A stretch of DNA of 64,000 nucleotides, taken from NCBI GenBank assembly GCA_039805565.1, contig JBDLTZ010000100.1, positions 3,487-67,486 on the forward strand. The letters are read 5' to 3'. Below are positions 34,936 to 44,041 of this stretch, in pieces (within the stretch, counting starts at the first letter, position 1; each line of letters opens with the position of its first letter). This DNA is from Chloroflexota bacterium (GTDB taxonomy: Bacteria; Chloroflexota; Chloroflexia; Chloroflexales; Roseiflexaceae). The notes below the pieces were generated by a model. The model searched no databases, had not been told where the DNA came from, and saw nothing but the letters and a program-made list of their open reading frames with translations. The translations under genes and the position numbers were made by a program.

Positions 34936-35235
34936 CTACGACGCCCCGACCAGATCCGCCGCGATCGCCGATGAGATCACCCCCGGCAGGCGCGCACCGG
35001 GGTAGGTGCCGGCGCCGACGAGGTACCGGTTCTCCAGCGCCTCCGAGCGGTTGTAGGGCTGGAACCACGCCGACTGGCGCAGCATCGGCTCGAGCGAGAA
35101 GGCCGCACCGAGGTGATACTCCTCCTGGTCGCGGAAGTGGCTCGGGGCGACCGTGTGACTGGACGACAATGTGGCGGCGCAGGTCCTGGACGTAGTGCTC
35201 CTCCAGAACGCGCCGGATCGCCTTGTGCTTATGAC
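34936..35235 (-). pseudogene. crtI: 3' fragment of a phytoene desaturase (CrtI-type) gene with a frameshift
   Basis: Two adjacent frames read KAIRRVLEEHYVQDLRRHIVVQS / HTVAPSHFRDQEEYHLGAAFSLEPMLRQSAWFQPYNRSEALENRYLVGAGTYPGARLPGVISSA. This is the conserved C-terminal ~100 aa of CrtI. The N-terminal ~390 aa are absent. Confidence 0.7.
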
Positions 35236-35294
35236 GAAATGCACACCATCGCGGCCCGGCTGAAAAAGCCCCGCACGTCGCTTCGCCGCCTGGT

Positions 35295-35323
35295 TTGACG
35301 ACCACCCCACTTGATGGTACAAA
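35295..35323 (+). promoter_or_regulatory. Sigma70-like promoter of lutABC (TTGACG-17 nt-TACAAA with TG extension)
   Basis: TTGACG lies at 35295-35300, TG at 35315-35316 and TACAAA at 35318-35323. The element is about 50 nt upstream of the GTG at 35373. Confidence 0.5.
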
Positions 35324-35372
35324 GTGAGCACCACACCGACAGAACCACAAGCACAAGGCACAGGAGCCGACC

Positions 35373-36107
35373 GTGCGCGTTTCCCTCTTCATCACCTGCT
35401 TCAACGACACGCTCTTCCCCGAGACCGGCCGCTCCACCGTGCGGCTCCTCGAGCGGCTGGGGCACACCGTGGACTTCCCGCGCGAGCAGACCTGCTGCGG
35501 GCAAATGCACGTCAACACCGGCTACCAGCGCGAGGCGCTCCCGCTGCTGCGGCGCTTCGTGCAGATCTTCCGCGACGCCGAGGTCGTGGTGGCGCCCTCC
35601 GCCTCCTGCGTCGGGCTCGTGCGTGACCTGTACGGCCAGGTGGCCGCGCTGGCAGACGACCCGGCCCTCTCGCGCGAGGTGGCGCTGCTCCAGCCGCGCG
35701 TCTTCGAGCTCACGGAGTTCCTCACGCGCCTGGGCCACGTGGACGTGGGCGCTTACTTCCCGCACCGCGTCACCTACCACCCCACCTGCCACTCGCTGCG
35801 CGTCCTGCGCGTGGGGGACGCCCCGCTGCGCCTGCTGAGCGCCGTGCGCGGCATCGACCTGGTGCCGATGCCGGACGCCGACCAGTGCTGCGGCTTCGGC
35901 GGCACCTTCGCCATCAAAAACGCCGACACCTCGATGGCGATGCTGGGCGACAAGCTGCGCTCCACGCGCGAGACCCGCGCCGAGGTGGTGGTGGCGGCCG
36001 ACAACTCCTGCCTGATGCACATCGGCGGGGCGCTCCACCGGCAGCGCGCCGGGGTGCGGACAATGCACATCGCCGAGGTGCTGGCGAGCACGGAGGGCAA
36101 CCGATGA
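35373..36107 (+). CDS. lutA: Lactate utilization protein A, (Fe-S)-binding CCG-domain protein
   Basis: VSLFITCFNDTLFPE...CCGQ and a second CCG motif (DQCCGFGG) are present. The GTG start is preceded by CAGGAG. Confidence 0.85.
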   Translation: MRVSLFITCFNDTLFPETGRSTVRLLERLGHTVDFPREQTCCGQMHVNTGYQREALPLLRRFVQIFRDAEVVVAPSASCVGLVRDLYGQVAALADDPALSREVALLQPRVFELTEFLTRLGHVDVGAYFPHRVTYHPTCHSLRVLRVGDAPLRLLSAVRGIDLVPMPDADQCCGFGGTFAIKNADTSMAMLGDKLRSTRETRAEVVVAADNSCLMHIGGALHRQRAGVRTMHIAEVLASTEGNR

Positions 36108-37552
36108 AGCCGCGATCCGTCCTGATCGAGCTCCAGCCGAAGTTCGAGCGCAACGCGCCCGGGGCGCTGGCCAACACTCAGCTCCGGCGCAACATGGGCA
36201 AGGCCACCCAGACGATCCGCGCCAAGCGTGCCGCCGTGGTGGGCGAGCTCGACGACTGGGAGCAGCTGCGCGAGGCCGGGCGGGCTATGAAGGAGCGCAC
36301 CCTGCGCCACCTCGACACCTACCTCGCCCAGCTCGAGGAATCCGTGACACGCGCCGGCGGCCAGGTGCACTGGGCGCGCGACGCCGCCGAGGCCAATCGC
36401 ATCGTCACGCAGATCGCCCGCTCCCACCGCGCGCGCGAGGTGATCAAGATCAAGTCGCTCACCACCGACGAGATCAAGCTCAATGCCGCGCTCGCCCAGG
36501 CGGGCATCACCGCCACCGAGACCGACCTGGCCGAGCTGATCATCCAGCTCGCCGGTGAGCACTCCTCGCACATCCTGGTGCCGGCCATCCACAAGAACCG
36601 CGCCGAGATCCGCGAGCTCTTCATGCGGACGCTGGGCATCAGCGAGCTCTCCGATGAGCCGAAGGCCCTGGCGGCAGCCGCGCGCGCCTACCTGCGCCGC
36701 AAGTTCCTCAACATCCCCGTGGCCGTCAGCGGCGTGAACTTCGCTGTGGCCGAGACCGGCGCCGTCTGCGTGGTTGAGTCCGAGGGCAACGGCCGCATGT
36801 GCCTGACACTGCCCAGGGTGCTGATCTCGGTCATGGGGATCGAGAAGGTCGTGCCCTCCTGGCAGGATATGGAGGTGTTCCTGCAGCTGCTGCCGCGCTC
36901 CTCCACCGGCGAGCGCATGAACCCCTACACCTCCGTCTGGACGGGGGTTGCGGCAGGGGACGGGCCGCAGGAGTTCCACCTGGTGCTGCTGGACAACGGC
37001 CGCACCCAGGTGCTGGCGGACCACATCGGGCGGCAGACGCTCAACTGCATCCGCTGCTCGGCCTGCCTGAACATCTGCCCGGTCTACGAGCGCACCGGCG
37101 GCCACGCCTACGGCTCGGTCTACCCCGGCCCGATCGGCGCGATCCTCACGCCGCAGCTGGTGGGCGTGGAGCACGCGCGCTCGCTGCCGTACGCCTCGTC
37201 GCTCTGCGGCGCGTGCTACGACGTCTGCCCGGTGAAGATCAACATCCCCGAGGTGCTGGTCCACATGCGCGGCGAGGTGGTGCGCCAGAAGCAGGACGCG
37301 GGCGGGCTCAGGGCCGCGCTCGACCCCGAGAACGTGGCGATGCAGGCCCTCTCCATGGTGTTTGGCAACCGCGTGGCCTACGAGCAGGCCCAGCAGCTCG
37401 CCAAGGTGGGCCAGTGGCCGCTGGTGCGCCAGGGGCACATCGAGTGGCTGCCGGGCATTCTCGGCGGCTGGACGGCTATGCGCGATATGCCGGCGGTGCC
37501 GCAGCAGACGTTCCGCGAGTGGTGGGAGGCCCGCGATGACAAGCGCTCGTGA
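36104..37552 (+). CDS. lutB: Lactate utilization protein B, 4Fe-4S iron-sulfur protein
   Basis: ATG 36104 overlaps the lutA stop (ATGA). Ferredoxin-type motifs are CIRCSACLNICPV and CGACYDVCPV. Confidence 0.85.
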   Translation: MKPRSVLIELQPKFERNAPGALANTQLRRNMGKATQTIRAKRAAVVGELDDWEQLREAGRAMKERTLRHLDTYLAQLEESVTRAGGQVHWARDAAEANRIVTQIARSHRAREVIKIKSLTTDEIKLNAALAQAGITATETDLAELIIQLAGEHSSHILVPAIHKNRAEIRELFMRTLGISELSDEPKALAAAARAYLRRKFLNIPVAVSGVNFAVAETGAVCVVESEGNGRMCLTLPRVLISVMGIEKVVPSWQDMEVFLQLLPRSSTGERMNPYTSVWTGVAAGDGPQEFHLVLLDNGRTQVLADHIGRQTLNCIRCSACLNICPVYERTGGHAYGSVYPGPIGAILTPQLVGVEHARSLPYASSLCGACYDVCPVKINIPEVLVHMRGEVVRQKQDAGGLRAALDPENVAMQALSMVFGNRVAYEQAQQLAKVGQWPLVRQGHIEWLPGILGGWTAMRDMPAVPQQTFREWWEARDDKRS

Positions 37553-38183
37553 CGAAGTGCTGGGCCGCATCCGCGGCGCGCTGCAGGACGTGCCCACGGC
37601 CGAGCGGCCCGAGGACGTGCCTGTGGCCGGCGGCTACCGGACGCGCGATGAGCTGCCGCGCGAGGAGCTGGTGCACCGCTTCGCCGAGCGCGTGGCGGAG
37701 TACAAGGCGCGCGTGCGGCAGGTGACGGAGGCCGAGCTCCCCCAGGCAATCGCCGAGGCGATCCGCGCCCGCGGGGTGTGGCGTCTGGTGGTCCCCGCCG
37801 ACGCGCCCGACACCTGGCTGCCGGAGTTCATCTCGCCGCTGCGCGACAGCGGGCAGCTCACGCACGAGGAGCTCGACGCCTGCGACGGGGTGCTCACGGG
37901 CTGCGCGCTCGGCGTGGCGCAGACAGGGACGATCGTGCTGGACCACGGGGCGCGCCAGGGGCGGCGGGCGATCTCGCTGCTGCCGGACTACCACCTCTGC
38001 CTGGTCTGGGCGCACCAGGTCGTCGGGCTCGTCCCCGAGGCGATCGCCGCGCTCGCGCCGGCCGCCCAGGAGCGCCGCCCGCTCACCTTCATCTCCGGCC
38101 CGTCGGCTACCTCGGACATCGAGCTCAATCGCGTCGAGGGAGTGCACGGCCCGCGCACCCTCGAGGTGCTGATCGTCCTCTAG
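37536..38183 (+). CDS. lutC: Lactate utilization protein C (LUD domain)
   Basis: ATG 37536 overlaps the end of lutB. The sequence is YkgG/LutC-like (GVAQTGTIVLDHG...RAISLLP) and about 215 aa long. Confidence 0.8.
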   Translation: MTSARDEVLGRIRGALQDVPTAERPEDVPVAGGYRTRDELPREELVHRFAERVAEYKARVRQVTEAELPQAIAEAIRARGVWRLVVPADAPDTWLPEFISPLRDSGQLTHEELDACDGVLTGCALGVAQTGTIVLDHGARQGRRAISLLPDYHLCLVWAHQVVGLVPEAIAALAPAAQERRPLTFISGPSATSDIELNRVEGVHGPRTLEVLIVL

Positions 38184-38240
38184 CGACACGTCCCTCAAAC
38201 AACAGGGCTGGCGCGCTCATCAGCACCCTCTCCCCCTGCC

Positions 38241-38265
38241 CCCCTCTCCCACACCGGGAGAGGGG
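38241..38265. repeat. REP-like hairpin CCCCTCTCCC-acacc-GGGAGAGGGG
   Basis: Perfect 10-bp inverted repeat, 58 nt after the lutC stop. It belongs to the same family as 9540-9567. Confidence 0.8.
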
Positions 38266-38339
38266 CGAACCACCCGCCCTTCCCGCTCTGTGGAGGAGGG
38301 GCTGGGGGAACAGCGGCACGGGCGCGCGCCGCCGCCTGA

Positions 38340-38557
38340 CGACCTGCGGCGCGCCTCGCAGCGCCAATGCCGCCGCCTGATCCAGCGAGAGCGCTGGTCC
38401 GCGCGCCCACGCAGCCCGGAAGTCCGCCTCGCCCATCGCGGCCCGCAGCTCGGCAGCGCACTTCTTCCCACGCAGAACGCTCCCCCAGGTCCAGCACCCC
38501 GCCGATACGGTCGAGCGCCAGCACCCCTGTCCCAGGAGCGTCAGGCATAGCCGCCAC
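38340..38557 (-). pseudogene. C-terminal fragment of a TPR/large-ATPase-type regulator (frameshifted)
   Basis: Minus-strand frames read ..LALDRIGGVLDLGERSAWEEV / KCAAELRAAMGEADFRAAWARGPALSLDQAAALAL. This resembles the common ...LGExxFxxAWxxGxxLSLxQAxxxAL tail of such regulators. No upstream body is present. Confidence 0.35.
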
Positions 38558-38861
38558 AGAGAACGCGCCAGAGCGAAGATACCCGGCCTCCGCATGCGGC
38601 CCCTCTGTGATCTAGATCATCGTCGCACGATGGCAGTGCGTGGTACGCTCCTATCACGCACTGCTCCCCAGATGACATCCCGGCCACAGCGCGAAGCATA
38701 ACCCGCTCCCTGACCGATGCGTGCCCGCGGCCCTTGCAGGCCGCTGCGATCCGCCGCTCGCCCGCCGCAGCCCATCCGCTGCCCGCAGGCTGGCGCGGCG
38801 CACCTCCGTTCGCCGACCGACCCGGCGCCACAGCGCCGGCAGCGTGACTTGAGGAGGTCCG

Positions 38862-39479
38862 ATGCATACGCTACCGGAAGAGCGCCCGACTCAGGAGGGC
38901 TACGATCTGTTCTGCCGCGCTATCACGAAGCGCGACGGAGATGCATGGGCGGAGATCGCGGGGCGCTACCGGTCACTGCTGGTCGCGTGGGCGCGGCGCT
39001 GCTCGGCGCGCACCGATGTGGGCGAGCCGTGCGAGGATATCGCCGACCAGGCACTGGCGCGGGCGTGGATGGCGCTGTCAAACGCCCAGGAGTGCGGCTT
39101 CCCGAGCCTGGCTGCGGCGCTCGGCTACCTGCGCACCTGCGTCAGCGCGGTGGTTATCGACCTGGCGCGCGCCCAGGTGTCACGGACGCGGCTCCAGCTC
39201 CAGCTCGAGGTCGGGTACAGCCCCAACCCGGAGCAGCAGGTGATCGAGGAGTTCTCCCACGAGGAGGTGTGGCGGCTCGTGAACCGGGTGGTGGGGTCAG
39301 AGCAGGAGCGGGTCGTTCTCCACGACAGCATCGTGCTGGGGATGGCCTCGCGCGAGATTCTCACACGCCACCCCTCCCTGTTCGACAGCATCGAGGCGGT
39401 GTACCGCGCCAAGCGCAACCTGTTCAGCAGGCTCCACCGCGACCAGGAGCTGCGCCAGATGTGGGAGGGGCCGGCGTAG
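38862..39479 (+). CDS. RNA polymerase sigma factor, sigma-70/ECF-like
   Basis: GAGGAGG RBS lies upstream. A region-2-like segment (DIADQALARAWMAL) and a region-4 HTH-like segment (EQERVVLHDSIVLGMASREILTR) are present in 205 aa. Confidence 0.6.
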   Translation: MHTLPEERPTQEGYDLFCRAITKRDGDAWAEIAGRYRSLLVAWARRCSARTDVGEPCEDIADQALARAWMALSNAQECGFPSLAAALGYLRTCVSAVVIDLARAQVSRTRLQLQLEVGYSPNPEQQVIEEFSHEEVWRLVNRVVGSEQERVVLHDSIVLGMASREILTRHPSLFDSIEAVYRAKRNLFSRLHRDQELRQMWEGPA

Positions 39480-39483
39480 CAGG

Positions 39484-40023
39484 TCACAGGCGCGCGGCCA
39501 GCCCCTTGATCTCGATCGGGAGGCCCGAGACACACAGGTAGACCGCCGCTGCCTCAGCCGCCAGCCGCTGGTTGAAGAAGCCCAGCCAGTCGCGGTAGGC
39601 CCGGCTGAGCGCGTCGGCGGGGACGATCCCCAGCCCGACTTCGTTGGTCACGGCGATCAGCTCGCAGCCAGAGGCGCGCCGCCACGCCAGCAGCGCGTCG
39701 AGCTCGGCGGACGCGCCCTCCCACGCCGCGCCCTCGGCCAGCAGCAGGTTGGAGACCCACAGCGTCACGCAGTCGAGCAGCACCACGGGCGCGGGCGCCA
39801 CGGTCGCCAGGGCATCCGCCAGGCGCCGCGGCTCCTCGAGGGTCCGCCACCCGGCCGGGCGCTCTCCACGGTGGCGCGATATCTTCGCCGCCATCTCGTC
39901 GTCGAGCGGCTCGGCGGTGGCCACGAATAGCACGTCCTGCCCGCGCGCCTCGGCCAGCCGCTGCGCGAAGGTGCTCTTGCCGCTGCGGGCGCCGCCGGTG
40001 ATGAGTGTGAGGGAGGGTATCAT
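39484..40023 (-). CDS. cobU: Bifunctional adenosylcobinamide kinase / adenosylcobinamide-phosphate guanylyltransferase
   Basis: MIPSLTLITGGARSGKSTFAQRLAE (P-loop) at the N-terminus, then ..HRGERP..W.TLEEP and LLDCVTLW. The protein is 179 aa. The ORF extension to 40152 runs into the heptamer repeat. Confidence 0.85.
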   Translation of the reverse strand: MIPSLTLITGGARSGKSTFAQRLAEARGQDVLFVATAEPLDDEMAAKISRHRGERPAGWRTLEEPRRLADALATVAPAPVVLLDCVTLWVSNLLLAEGAAWEGASAELDALLAWRRASGCELIAVTNEVGLGIVPADALSRAYRDWLGFFNQRLAAEAAAVYLCVSGLPIEIKGLAARL

Positions 40024-40190
40024 CTGTTCTCGAGCCTTGAGTCGTGAGTGTTGAGTCGTGAGTGTTGAGTCGTGAGTCGTACGTTCTGGGTCGTTCATCT
40101 GCGACGTATTGTCCCGGTGCGTATGCAGACGCTCTGGTCTCGAGCCGAACACAGCTCAAGACGCACGACTCACAGCTCACAGCTCAGAAC
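40024..40190. repeat. Heptamer-armed inverted-repeat element inside the cob/btu operon
   Basis: The left arm is (TTGAGTC/GTGAGTG)x6 at 40037-40080. The right arm is GACTCAC AGCTCAC AGCTCAG at 40167-40187. The tctcgagcc motif occurs on both sides (40028-40036 and 40138-40146). The cobO stop lies in the right arm. Confidence 0.8.
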
Positions 40191-40757
40191 TCGACCCCCG
40201 GCTGCGCCTTGATGCCCTGCTGATACGGGTGCTTCACCTCGCGCATCTCGGTCACGAGGTCGGCGTAGTCAACCAGCGCCTCCGGCGCGTCGCGGCCGGT
40301 GATGATCAGGTGCAGCTCGGGCGGCTTGTTGGCGCGCAGCCACGCCACCACCTCCTCCGCATCGAGCCACCCGAGTGTCATCACGTAGGTGAACTCATCC
40401 AGCAGGAAGATATCGTGCTGGCCGGCGAGGATGGCCTTCTTGCCTGTCTCCCACCCGTGGAGCGCCTTGGCGCGGGTCTCGTCGATGTCGCGGCTCGTCC
40501 AGGTGAACCCGTCGCCCATCGGCGTCAGCTCGATGCCGAGGTGGGCGGCGGTGCGGAGCTCGCCGAAGTTGGCGTTCTCGTGCTTGAAGAACTGAATTCC
40601 GCCGACGCGCATCTTGCGCCCCCAGGCGCGCACCAGCACCCCGAGCGCCGCGGTGGTTTTGCCTTTGCCGTTGCCGGTGTTGACGATCACGAGGCCGCGG
40701 CGGCCCCGCGTCTTGAGCGGTGAGTCTTCGGCCGCGGGGGCGTCGCCGGAGTCGCTC

Positions 40758-40783
<26 letters not shown>
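40184..40783 (-). CDS. cobO: Cob(I)yrinic acid a,c-diamide (corrinoid) adenosyltransferase, CobA/CobO type
   Basis: [20 protein letters not shown]-loop and LLDEFTYV are present. ATG 40783 is preceded by GAGGAGG. Confidence 0.85.
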
Positions 40784-41543
<760 letters not shown>

Positions 41544-41566
41544 ATTGTCGGCGGTGAGCAGCAGCT

Positions 41567-42661
41567 TCAGCGTCCCTTCAGCGTACGGAGCAGGTACAGG
41601 AAGAACGGCCCGCCCGCGAGCGCAGTCACCACCCCGAGCGGCAGCTCCTGCGGCGCGGCGGCGGTGCGGGCCACCAGGTCGGCGAGCATCAGGAACACCG
41701 CCCCCCCCAGGGTGGCCAGCGGCAGGACGCGGCGGTGGTCGGCGCCGGTGAGCAGGCGCGCGGTGTGCGGCGCGATCAGCCCGACGAAGCCGATCAGCCC
41801 GGCGAACGAGACCGCGGCGGCGGTGGCGAGCGTGGCCGCTACGATCACCACCAGGCGGACGCGCTCCACGTGCACGCCGAGCCGGCGGGCCTGGTCCTCG
41901 TCGAACAGCAGCAGGTTGAGCTGGCGGGCGTAGAGGTGCAGCACGACGATGCCGACCAGCGCGGGCGCCGCCACCGTCAGCACCGCGCCCCAGCCGGCGC
42001 CGCCGTAGCCGCCGAGCAGGAACGCCAGCACGCGCGACACCTGCTGCCCGCCGCGCAGCATCAGGTAGGTCGAGAGCGCACTGGCGATCGAGCCCACCGC
42101 CACCCCGGCAAGCACCAGCGCCGTCGTGTCCGCCCTGCGCCCCGTGCCGCCGAGCCGATACACGGTTGCTACGGCCACCAGGGCCCCCGCGAAGGCCCCG
42201 GCTGGCACGGCGATCGGCGTGGCCGGCAGCGCGCCCGCGGCCTGCAGCGTCATGGCACCGATGGCGCCGAGCCCCGCGCCAGCGGCCACGCCGATCAGGT
42301 AGGGATCAGCCAGCGGGTTGCGGAATAGGCCCTGGTAGGCGGCACCGGAGCAGGCCAGCGCCGCGCCCGCCAGCCCGATCAGCGCCACCCGCGGCAGCCG
42401 GATGTCGAGCAGGATGCGCTCGGACGACCCCGGCCAGTCGGGGGCGATGCCCAGCAGGGGAAGGCGCGACAGCATGATCTTCAGCGTGGTCTCCGGCGGG
42501 ATGTACACGCTGCCCACCCCCACCGCGAGCAGCGCAGTCGCCAGCACGAGGCCCAGGCCGAGCGCCAGGAGCGACGCGGTCCGGCCACGGGGGCTCACAC
42601 GCGCCTCCTGCTCACCCGCACCCACCAGGGCGCCTATCCTGACGATCTGCTTCTGCCGCAT
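41567..42661 (-). CDS. btuC: Iron-siderophore/cobalamin ABC transporter permease (FecCD/BtuC family)
   Basis: A polytopic 364-aa protein with FecCD-like motifs (LAGVAVGSI, GLIGFVGLIAPH, PLGVVTALAGGPFFLYLL). Confidence 0.85.
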   Translation of the reverse strand: MRQKQIVRIGALVGAGEQEARVSPRGRTASLLALGLGLVLATALLAVGVGSVYIPPETTLKIMLSRLPLLGIAPDWPGSSERILLDIRLPRVALIGLAGAALACSGAAYQGLFRNPLADPYLIGVAAGAGLGAIGAMTLQAAGALPATPIAVPAGAFAGALVAVATVYRLGGTGRRADTTALVLAGVAVGSIASALSTYLMLRGGQQVSRVLAFLLGGYGGAGWGAVLTVAAPALVGIVVLHLYARQLNLLLFDEDQARRLGVHVERVRLVVIVAATLATAAAVSFAGLIGFVGLIAPHTARLLTGADHRRVLPLATLGGAVFLMLADLVARTAAAPQELPLGVVTALAGGPFFLYLLRTLKGR

Positions 42662-42671
42662 TGGTCCCTGC

Positions 42672-43718
42672 CTACTTCACCAGATCTGGGTGCAGGATCT
42701 TCGCGATCGCCTCGATCCCCTCGGCCATGCGCGGCCCGGGGCGGCTCACCAGGTCGGCGTCGATCGGGAAGACCTTGCCCTCCGCCACCGCGCCGATCAC
42801 GTCCCAGCCGGGGCGCTGCCCCACCGACTCGACCGTCACGCCGTACTGCGCGTCGGCCAGGATGATCACCTGCGGGTCGCCGGCCACCACCTGCTCGGCG
42901 CTCACCTGCGGGTAGGGGTTGTCCCCGGTGCCGAAGATGTTCTCGCCGCCGGCCAGCGTGATCAGCTCGTTCACAAAGCTGCCCGCGCCCACGGTGTACG
43001 GTTTGGCCGGGTCAGTGGCGTCCAGCTCCCAGAACACGCGCGGCTTCGCCTCAGCCGCGCCCACGGCCTCGCCCAGCTCGATGATGCGGCTCTGCATGGA
43101 CTCGACCAGCGTGGCGGCGGCGTCGGCCGTTCCGGTAGCGCGGCCAACCAGCTCGATGTCCTGGTAGACGCTCGCGACCGACGACTCGACCTGGCCCACG
43201 ACCAGCACGGTGATGCCGAGGTCGGCCAGCTTCTGGATCTGCTCGGGCGCGGTGATCCCGGCGGCCAGCACCAGGTCGGGCTCGAGCGCGGCGATCTGCT
43301 CGAAGTTGACGGTGCCGAAGCTGCCGATCTTCGGCAGGTCGGCGGTCTCGGCCGGGTAGTTGGAGAAGTCGTCCACCGCCGCCACCTGCGGACCGAGCCC
43401 GAGCGCGAAGGCGATCTCGGTGGTGCTCGGCGCGAGCGAGACGATCGTCTCAGGCGGCGCCTCGAGCGTCACCTCACGGCCGGCGGAGTCCGTCACGGTC
43501 ACGGCGCTGCCGCCGGGCGCCTCGGTCGGGGCGGGGGTGGGCTCGGCGGGCGCCTCGGTGGGAGCCGGCGCATCGGTGGGAACCGGCGCCTCTGTCGGCG
43601 CGGCGGCGGGAGCGTCCGTCGCGGCGGGCGCCGCCGTGGGGACGGGGGAAGCGGGCTGGCCGCAGGCAGCCAGGGAGAAGATCAGGGCGAGGAGCGGGAG
43701 AAGAAGTCGGCGTACCAT
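42672..43718 (-). CDS. btuF: Periplasmic/lipoprotein substrate-binding protein of the cobalamin/siderophore ABC type
   Basis: Lipoprotein signal MVRRLLLPLLALIFSLAAC, then a Pro/Ala/Thr linker and a BtuF/FecB-like body (IVSLAPSTTEI...DLVLA). The SD GGAGA lies upstream. Confidence 0.8.
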   Translation of the reverse strand: MVRRLLLPLLALIFSLAACGQPASPVPTAAPAATDAPAAAPTEAPVPTDAPAPTEAPAEPTPAPTEAPGGSAVTVTDSAGREVTLEAPPETIVSLAPSTTEIAFALGLGPQVAAVDDFSNYPAETADLPKIGSFGTVNFEQIAALEPDLVLAAGITAPEQIQKLADLGITVLVVGQVESSVASVYQDIELVGRATGTADAAATLVESMQSRIIELGEAVGAAEAKPRVFWELDATDPAKPYTVGAGSFVNELITLAGGENIFGTGDNPYPQVSAEQVVAGDPQVIILADAQYGVTVESVGQRPGWDVIGAVAEGKVFPIDADLVSRPGPRMAEGIEAIAKILHPDLVK

Positions 43719-43749
43719 CGGTCGTATCTCCAGAGCATCTGTAGCAGAA

Positions 43750-43955
43750 GAAACAAAAACACCTGGCCTCTCGGCCAGGTGACGGATAGAATGCGGCTAG
43801 CCCCCCGGGTCAGCGCGGCATCAGAGCGTCACCTCCTTGCATCGAGAAGGGTCAACACGCGTCGTCGAGGCAGGCGTCCTGGCTTCTCTCCAAGCGGAGA
43901 GTTACAGTTGCGGCACAGCGCTGGACTCACACCAGCTTCCACCTTTATGCCCTAG
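43750..43955 (-). promoter_or_regulatory. Cobalamin (B12) riboswitch with terminator expression platform
   Basis: The minus-strand reads GGTGGAAGCTGGTGTGAGTCCAGCGCTGTGCCGCAACTGTAA ... GAAGCCAGGACGCCTGCC. This gives the conserved core and the B12 box AGCCAGGAcgCCTGCC, upstream of btuF. Confidence 0.85.
43751..43781 (-). terminator. Intrinsic terminator (riboswitch OFF-state hairpin)
   Basis: The minus-strand reads CACCTGGCC-gaga-GGCCAGGTG followed by TTTTTGTTT, 30 nt upstream of the btuF ATG. Confidence 0.75.
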
Positions 43956-44009
43956 CATCCGGGCTTACGGGTCACCTCGACCGTGCAGGTTGTGCAGGTA
44001 CCGAATGAG

Positions 44010-44018
44010 ATTATAGCA
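44010..44018 (-). promoter_or_regulatory. Extended -10 promoter (TGcTATAAT) driving the B12 riboswitch operon
   Basis: The reverse complement reads TGCTATAAT, about 55 nt upstream of the riboswitch core. Confidence 0.5.
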
Positions 44019-44041
44019 CTCTTTGTCGGAGAGGAGGCGGG

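Noticed and set aside
32093-35518. The 1141-aa ORF suggests a giant PEPC with a 232-aa N-terminal extension.
   Set aside because: PEPC similarity begins at the ATG at 34822, which has an AGGAGG RBS. The extension is open only by chance and covers a crtI pseudogene fragment that reads in other frames.
32189-37597. Long ORFs 32189..35005 (+) and 35774..37597 (-).
   Set aside because: They are antisense to ppc and lutAB respectively, and their composition is that of shadow frames.
38125-38595. A 156-aa minus-strand ORF in the lutC-sigma spacer.
   Set aside because: It is a composite of a regulator-tail fragment and a REP element read through by chance. It overlaps the lutC 3' end and is treated as a pseudogene fragment instead.
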